Source: Tannockella kyphosi
Lineage (GTDB): Bacteria > Bacillota_I > Bacilli_A > Erysipelotrichales > Coprobacillaceae
DNA: 32,000 nt
NCBI RefSeq assembly: GCF_021054785.1
Contig: NZ_CP088239.1
Span: forward strand, 1,110,001-1,142,000
Direction of reading: 5' to 3'
In this document: piece after piece, positions 27,496 through 32,000 of the stretch
Layout: each line of letters opens with the position of its first letter
How positions within the stretch are numbered: the stretch's first letter is position 1
Notes under the pieces: model-generated
Seen by the model: only the letters and a program-made list of their open reading frames with translations
Told to the model about the DNA's origin: nothing
The model's database searches: none
Made by a program: the position numbers and the translations under genes

Positions 27496-28296
27496 ATGTT
27501 AGAAATTAAACATGTCTATAAAACCTTTAATAAAGATACAATCAATGAAAAGGTAGCTCTAAAAGATATTAATTTAAAACTTGATCGTGGAGATTTTGTT
27601 ACAATTATTGGAGGAAATGGTGCTGGAAAAAGTACGATTTTAAATATGGTTGCAGGAGTTTATCCAATTGATCAAGGTTATATTTATTTAGATGGTCATA
27701 ACATTTCACAAGAGCCTCAATACAAACGTGCTAATTTAATTGGTCGTGTTTTCCAAGATCCAATGCTTGGAACTGCTGCTGATATGGAAATTCAAGAAAA
27801 TCTTGCAATTGCATATCGTCGTGGACGTAAAAGAACATTAGGTTGGGGTATTAAACCAGAAGAAAAAGAAATCTATCAAGAAGCTTTAAAAAGACTTGAT
27901 TTAGGTTTAGAAACAAGAACGACATCTAAGGTCGGTTTACTATCTGGTGGACAAAGACAAGCCCTTACACTGTTAATGGCTACTTTACAAAAACCAAAAC
28001 TATTGTTATTAGATGAACATACTGCTGCATTAGATCCTCGTACTGCAAAAAAAGTACTTGATTTAACAGAAGAATTAATTAGTGAAGATAACTTAACTGC
28101 TTTAATGGTTACTCATAACATGAAAGATGCTATTACTTTTGGTAATCGTTTAATTATGATGCATGAAGGTACTATTATTTTAGATGTAAAAGGTGAAGAA
28201 AAGAAAAAGTTAAAAGTATCTGACTTATTGGAAATGTTTGAAAAAGCGGTTGGATTTGAAATGGACAATGATACAATGTTATTATCAAAAGATTAA
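27496..28296 (+). CDS. ABC transporter ATP-binding protein (TrpZ-type)
   Basis: Walker A GGNGAGKST, signature LSGGQRQ and Walker B LLLLDEHTAALD are present. Confidence 0.9.
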   Translation: MLEIKHVYKTFNKDTINEKVALKDINLKLDRGDFVTIIGGNGAGKSTILNMVAGVYPIDQGYIYLDGHNISQEPQYKRANLIGRVFQDPMLGTAADMEIQENLAIAYRRGRKRTLGWGIKPEEKEIYQEALKRLDLGLETRTTSKVGLLSGGQRQALTLLMATLQKPKLLLLDEHTAALDPRTAKKVLDLTEELISEDNLTALMVTHNMKDAITFGNRLIMMHEGTIILDVKGEEKKKLKVSDLLEMFEKAVGFEMDNDTMLLSKD

Positions 28297-28302
28297 AGTA
28301 TG

Positions 28303-28332
28303 AAAACCATATTCTTTATTGAATATGGTTTT
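28303..28332. terminator. Bidirectional terminator between convergent genes
   Basis: A 12-bp stem AAAACCATATTC (28303-28314) / GAATATGGTTTT (28321-28332) with a 6-nt loop and flanking T-runs. Confidence 0.7.
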
Positions 28333-28336
28333 TTAA

Positions 28337-28966
28337 TTATTTTTCTTTTATAATAATTTGATATTCTCCTTCTTTCATACCACAATAAAAGATATCCTTT
28401 GGTTGGTACCCTAAACTAAATAATTCATAAATAAATTGTTTTCTATTTATTTGTAGACTACATAAAACATAATCATTAATATTTCCATCATTTATTAAAG
28501 GTTCTGGGATATCTAACATTTGATTTTCTTTTAATATAATAGATAGCTGTCCATTTGTTTCTAACATTGCAAAAGCAACATTATCCACACTATCTACTCC
28601 CCCTACTCTTAATTGATGAAATAAATCATCAATTGTATAACGAAGTTTTTTCATGTTCTTTTGACAAATACAACCATCAAATATAATATAAGTTGGTCTC
28701 CCTTCTAATATATCACGGATATGTTTGTTCTTTAATAAAAGGATACTGATTATTCTATCAATCATAATTAATGAAAAGGTAGCAATAACACTATAATAAA
28801 ATGGAAAATCTTCACTCCCTACTGACAAAGCCATTAATTCAGCCAATATTAAAAAGATAACAAAATCAAACACATTTAATTGACTAAACTCTTTTTTTCC
28901 AAAGAATCTTAATAGTATAATCAAATAGATATATAATTTTATGCATGTTAAAATAATTTCAATCAT
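28337..28966 (-). CDS. DUF421 (YetF-like) membrane protein
   Basis: 209 aa. Three N-terminal TM segments with the motif GKKEFSQLNVFDFVIFLILAELM, followed by a soluble C-terminal domain, as in the B. subtilis YetF/YdfS family. Confidence 0.75.
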   Translation of the reverse strand: MIEIILTCIKLYIYLIILLRFFGKKEFSQLNVFDFVIFLILAELMALSVGSEDFPFYYSVIATFSLIMIDRIISILLLKNKHIRDILEGRPTYIIFDGCICQKNMKKLRYTIDDLFHQLRVGGVDSVDNVAFAMLETNGQLSIILKENQMLDIPEPLINDGNINDYVLCSLQINRKQFIYELFSLGYQPKDIFYCGMKEGEYQIIIKEK

Positions 28967-29014
28967 TTTATTCTACTTTCTTCCTGTTATCATATACTAA
29001 AATAGGAGGTACTT

Positions 29015-29377
29015 ATGAGATCCTATATCTATATATGTTTAAAAGGATACTGTTTCCTTTTCATTAGTTACTTATTATTTAGTTTCATTTTTGCCATTTT
29101 TTTATCTTTTATACCAATTAACACATGGATTTATCAACTAATAACAACCTTTTTAAGTTGTTTTTTATTGATAATAATTAGTTTATTCTTTTTTAAACAA
29201 TCTATTAAATTCCCTTTGTTATTACATCTTTTATTTATTATTATTTATTTTATAATTAGTATTATTTGGTCTTATCCTATTATTCCAATAACATCTCTAA
29301 CTATTCGTTCGATTGCTTTTTTCGTACCTATCCTTTTTCTATTATTATTAAAAAAACAAAATAAATATCCTCTCTAA
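29015..29377 (+). CDS. Small polytopic membrane protein, no recognisable family
   Basis: 120 aa, almost entirely I/L/F-rich, with about 4 hydrophobic segments. A strong AGGAGG SD lies 5 nt upstream, and a strong terminator follows. Confidence 0.55.
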   Translation: MRSYIYICLKGYCFLFISYLLFSFIFAIFLSFIPINTWIYQLITTFLSCFLLIIISLFFFKQSIKFPLLLHLLFIIIYFIISIIWSYPIIPITSLTIRSIAFFVPILFLLLLKKQNKYPL

Positions 29378-29383
29378 ATGCAT

Positions 29384-29416
29384 AAAGAACGAAGTTGATT
29401 AACAACTTCGTTCTTT
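29384..29416 (+). terminator. Rho-independent terminator
   Basis: A 14-bp stem AAAGAACGAAGTTG (29384-29397) / CAACTTCGTTCTTT (29403-29416) with a T-rich tail. Confidence 0.7.
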
Positions 29417-29484
29417 ATTTCTTTATCTAAAAATGTTCTCCTTTAAAAACTAAAAACACTACTATAAGCTTTTTTATTTAATTA

Positions 29485-29514
29485 CAAAAAAACGAGCATG
29501 TTATTATACTCGTT
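29485..29514 (-). terminator. Rho-independent terminator of greA
   Basis: Stem AACGAG (29491-29496) / CTCGTT (29509-29514). On the minus strand it is followed by a T-run (plus-strand A-run at 29485-29490). Confidence 0.55.
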
Positions 29515-29551
29515 ATTTAATCTTATGCAATAATATCCATTTCAATATTGA

Positions 29552-30037
29552 CTAATGCACAAATTCAATTTTTACAATTTTAACATCATAAGGATCTGCA
29601 ACCCCTACAGTTACTACTTCATTAACACCATGTCCTAAAACAGCTTTTGCTAATGGTGATTCATTTGATATTTTTCCATTTTCAGGATCTGTTTCAAAAG
29701 AACCAACAATTTTGAAAACTTCAGGCTTTCCTTTTTTCTCAGACAAATCTATTAAAGTAACAGTATTCCCTGCTTTTACTACTTCAAGATCAATTTGTTC
29801 TTCAGAAATAAGTTCTGCATGTTGAATCATATAATCTATTTCTTTTACTCTAGCTTCTAAATGAGCTTGTTTTTCTCTAGCAGAATCATAATCAGCATTT
29901 TCTGATAAATCCCCTTGAGAACGAGCTAATTGAAGTTCTTCAATAACTAGTGGTCTTTCTACATTAACCAATTGTTCTCTTTCAAGTTTTAATTTTTCTA
30001 AACCGTCTTGCGTTAACAGTACTTTTTCGTGTTCCAT
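29552..30037 (-). CDS. greA: Transcription elongation factor GreA
   Basis: The coiled-coil N-terminus has the acidic tip GDLSENADYDSAREKQ, followed by a C-terminal globular domain. A GAGGTG SD is present. Confidence 0.95.
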   Translation of the reverse strand: MEHEKVLLTQDGLEKLKLEREQLVNVERPLVIEELQLARSQGDLSENADYDSAREKQAHLEARVKEIDYMIQHAELISEEQIDLEVVKAGNTVTLIDLSEKKGKPEVFKIVGSFETDPENGKISNESPLAKAVLGHGVNEVVTVGVADPYDVKIVKIEFVH

Positions 30038-30089
30038 AATTTCACCTCGTAATTAGTAATATATCATATTTTAGTAAAAAATACTAGTA

Positions 30090-30710
30090 TTAATCAACAA
30101 TACTAGATATTTTTGTAATTAATAAATCAATTGCAACATGATTACTTCCACCTTCAGGAATAATCACATGTGCAAACTTCTTTGTTGGTTCAATAAATTG
30201 TTCATGCATTGGTCGAACAGTATCTAAATATTGATTACAAACTGAATCCAAACTACGTCCTCTATCTTCTACATCTCTTCTTAAACGACGAATAAAGCGA
30301 ATATCTGAATCAGTATCTACATAAATCAAAATATCGCATAAATCACGTATTTTTTGTTCTCCTAGAACAAATAACCCTTCAATAATAAAAACCTCTCTAG
30401 GCTCAATTATTTCCGTTATAGAGCTACGATTATGTTCTACAAAATCATAAGTAGGTTTTTCAATCGAATTACCTGCTTTCAAGCTTTCTAAATGACTCAC
30501 TAAAAGCTCACTATCAAATGCAAAAGGATGATCATAATTTGTTTTTACTCTTTCTTCCATTGACAGATGACTTTGATCTTTATAATAATCGTCATACTTA
30601 ATTATTTTAGTTGTATGACGTCCTTTAAAATAATCATACATCTTAGTTGCAATCGAAGTTTTCCCAGAAGCACTACCTCCAGCAATACCAATAAAAACTA
30701 CTTTTTTCAT
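30090..30710 (-). CDS. udk: Uridine kinase
   Basis: P-loop GIAGGSASGKTS and the conserved DDYYKD and NYDHPFAFD motifs are present. The start overlaps the upstream stop codon (TAATG). Confidence 0.95.
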   Translation of the reverse strand: MKKVVFIGIAGGSASGKTSIATKMYDYFKGRHTTKIIKYDDYYKDQSHLSMEERVKTNYDHPFAFDSELLVSHLESLKAGNSIEKPTYDFVEHNRSSITEIIEPREVFIIEGLFVLGEQKIRDLCDILIYVDTDSDIRFIRRLRRDVEDRGRSLDSVCNQYLDTVRPMHEQFIEPTKKFAHVIIPEGGSNHVAIDLLITKISSIVD

Positions 30711-31951
30711 TACACTACCTTCCTTCCCATATCATTGAACATAACCTCATGATCCATATCAATATACAATAACTCCATTGGATGATTTGCAACATCCACT
30801 TCCTCTTGTAATTCATTATATATTTTTGTCACTACAAATTCAATATTATCATGTCTAGGAGAGAATATTTCTATTCTTTCACCCACCTTAAAATAATTCC
30901 TTTGTTCAATTAATGCTCGTTTCGTTGTTTTATCATAATCCAAAACACGCATCACAAATTCTTGAGTAGGATGCTCTTGACGAGAAGAAAACAATTGACT
31001 ATCTTGATCCATCTTATCATAATAAAAGCCATCACAAACAGCACGATTTGCTGCCTTTAATAATTCTTTTTTATAAAAATCACTATTTATAAATCCATCA
31101 GGATCCTGACAATATGTATCAATTAGTTTACGATACGTTGAAACTACTGTTGCAACATAATGTAAAGACTTCATTCTTCCTTCTATTTTAAAAGAATCAA
31201 TTCCTAATTCAATTAAACTAGTAATATTTAACCCTAATGCCATATCTTTAGAAGACATACTAAACTTATTTTCTTTGTCATTGACTAATTGACTATCTTG
31301 ATATAAATCATAATCCCAACGACAAGATTGCGAACAACCGCCTCTATTTGCATCACGATGTGAGAAATAATTAGATAACATGCACCTTCCTGAATAATGC
31401 ACACACATTGCTCCGTGAATAAAATACTCTATATCCACCGCATTATTATTACGAATCACTACCAAGTCTTCATAACTAACTTCTCTACCTAATACAACAC
31501 GATCCATCCCCATTGCTACAAAAAAATCAATAGCTTCACTATTTAATGAGGAAAGTTGTGTAGAAACATGAACTTCTAATTTTAAATGTAAACTTTTTGC
31601 AACATGCATAATATATGGATCAGCAACAATAATTGCCTTTACTCCAATATTATCTAAAGCACATAAATATTCTTCAATTCCTTCTAAATTATCATCATGC
31701 AAAATAATATTACAAGTAACATGAATATCAGCCCCATGTTTTCTAGCAAACTCAACACCCTCTCGAATATCTTCTAATGAAAAATTAGATGCATTTGATC
31801 GCAAAGAAAACTCTTTTCCTCCAACAAATACTGCATCTGCTCCATAAAGAATCGCTACCTTCAGTTTTTCAAGATTCCCAGCTGGAGCTAATAATTCTGG
31901 TTTCTTCACGATAACACGACGATTATTTTGATATTTTGATATTTTTCTCAT
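30710..31951 (-). CDS. Peptidase U32 family protein (YrrO/TrhP-like)
   Basis: KPELLAPAGN start region and the U32 Cys-rich region (HGAMCVHYSGRCMLS...GGCSQSCRW) are present. The gene order U32-udk-greA matches B. subtilis yrrO-udk-greA. Confidence 0.9.
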   Translation of the reverse strand: MRKISKYQNNRRVIVKKPELLAPAGNLEKLKVAILYGADAVFVGGKEFSLRSNASNFSLEDIREGVEFARKHGADIHVTCNIILHDDNLEGIEEYLCALDNIGVKAIIVADPYIMHVAKSLHLKLEVHVSTQLSSLNSEAIDFFVAMGMDRVVLGREVSYEDLVVIRNNNAVDIEYFIHGAMCVHYSGRCMLSNYFSHRDANRGGCSQSCRWDYDLYQDSQLVNDKENKFSMSSKDMALGLNITSLIELGIDSFKIEGRMKSLHYVATVVSTYRKLIDTYCQDPDGFINSDFYKKELLKAANRAVCDGFYYDKMDQDSQLFSSRQEHPTQEFVMRVLDYDKTTKRALIEQRNYFKVGERIEIFSPRHDNIEFVVTKIYNELQEEVDVANHPMELLYIDMDHEVMFNDMGRKVV

Positions 31952-32000
31952 CTGCTTCTCGCTTTCTTACATCTTCCATTTTATATACCGTCTCATCAAA

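Noticed and set aside
1-32000. A window-wide search for CRISPR repeats, IS elements or transposases, integrases, toxin-antitoxin pairs, restriction or other defence genes, prophage genes, and tRNA/rRNA genes.
   Set aside because: None were found by eye. All intergenic gaps longer than 100 nt are accounted for by promoters, the two T-box leaders or terminators. The only long repeated DNA is the GH36 paralog pair.

Overview
This is a visibly AT-rich, Bacillota (low-GC Gram-positive) type chromosomal segment. The gene content is consistent with a gut Erysipelotrichia- or Clostridia-like organism, but the taxon cannot be determined from this window. I saw no rRNA, tRNA, CRISPR array, transposase, integrase, or phage or defence genes.

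Content from left to right:
- A partial oxidoreductase, a nitroreductase, an M17 leucyl aminopeptidase, and htpG, which is preceded by two CIRCE-like operators.
- A T-box leader followed by metNIQ.
- A decayed GH1 remnant next to an intact GH1 (phospho-)beta-glycosidase, which is divergent from an RpiR/SIS regulator and a GNAT acetyltransferase.
- A minus-strand galactoside locus: GH36 alpha-galactosidase, GH2, GPH symporter, and a second GH36 paralog.
- pfk, then pnp translationally coupled to maf.
- An uncharacterised 416-aa protein (helical-repeat/TPR-like region plus a C-terminal OB/cold-shock-like region) divergent from pnp, followed by a ZIP metal transporter.
- A second T-box leader followed by a TrpXYZ-type (PF04392-like) ABC transporter.
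- A DUF421 membrane protein divergent from a tiny polytopic membrane protein.
- greA, udk and a U32 peptidase-family gene, in the same order as B. subtilis yrrO-udk-greA.

I do not see a clear multi-gene novel system. The best leads are:
1. The second T-box, whose hand-folded specifier loop reads UUC (Phe). This predicts a phenylalanine-responsive aromatic amino acid importer.
2. The orphan TPR-plus-OB protein next to pnp.
3. The double CIRCE on htpG.
4. An ambiguous GAU/AUG specifier register in the metNIQ T-box.

All family assignments come from motif recognition by eye. No database search was run.
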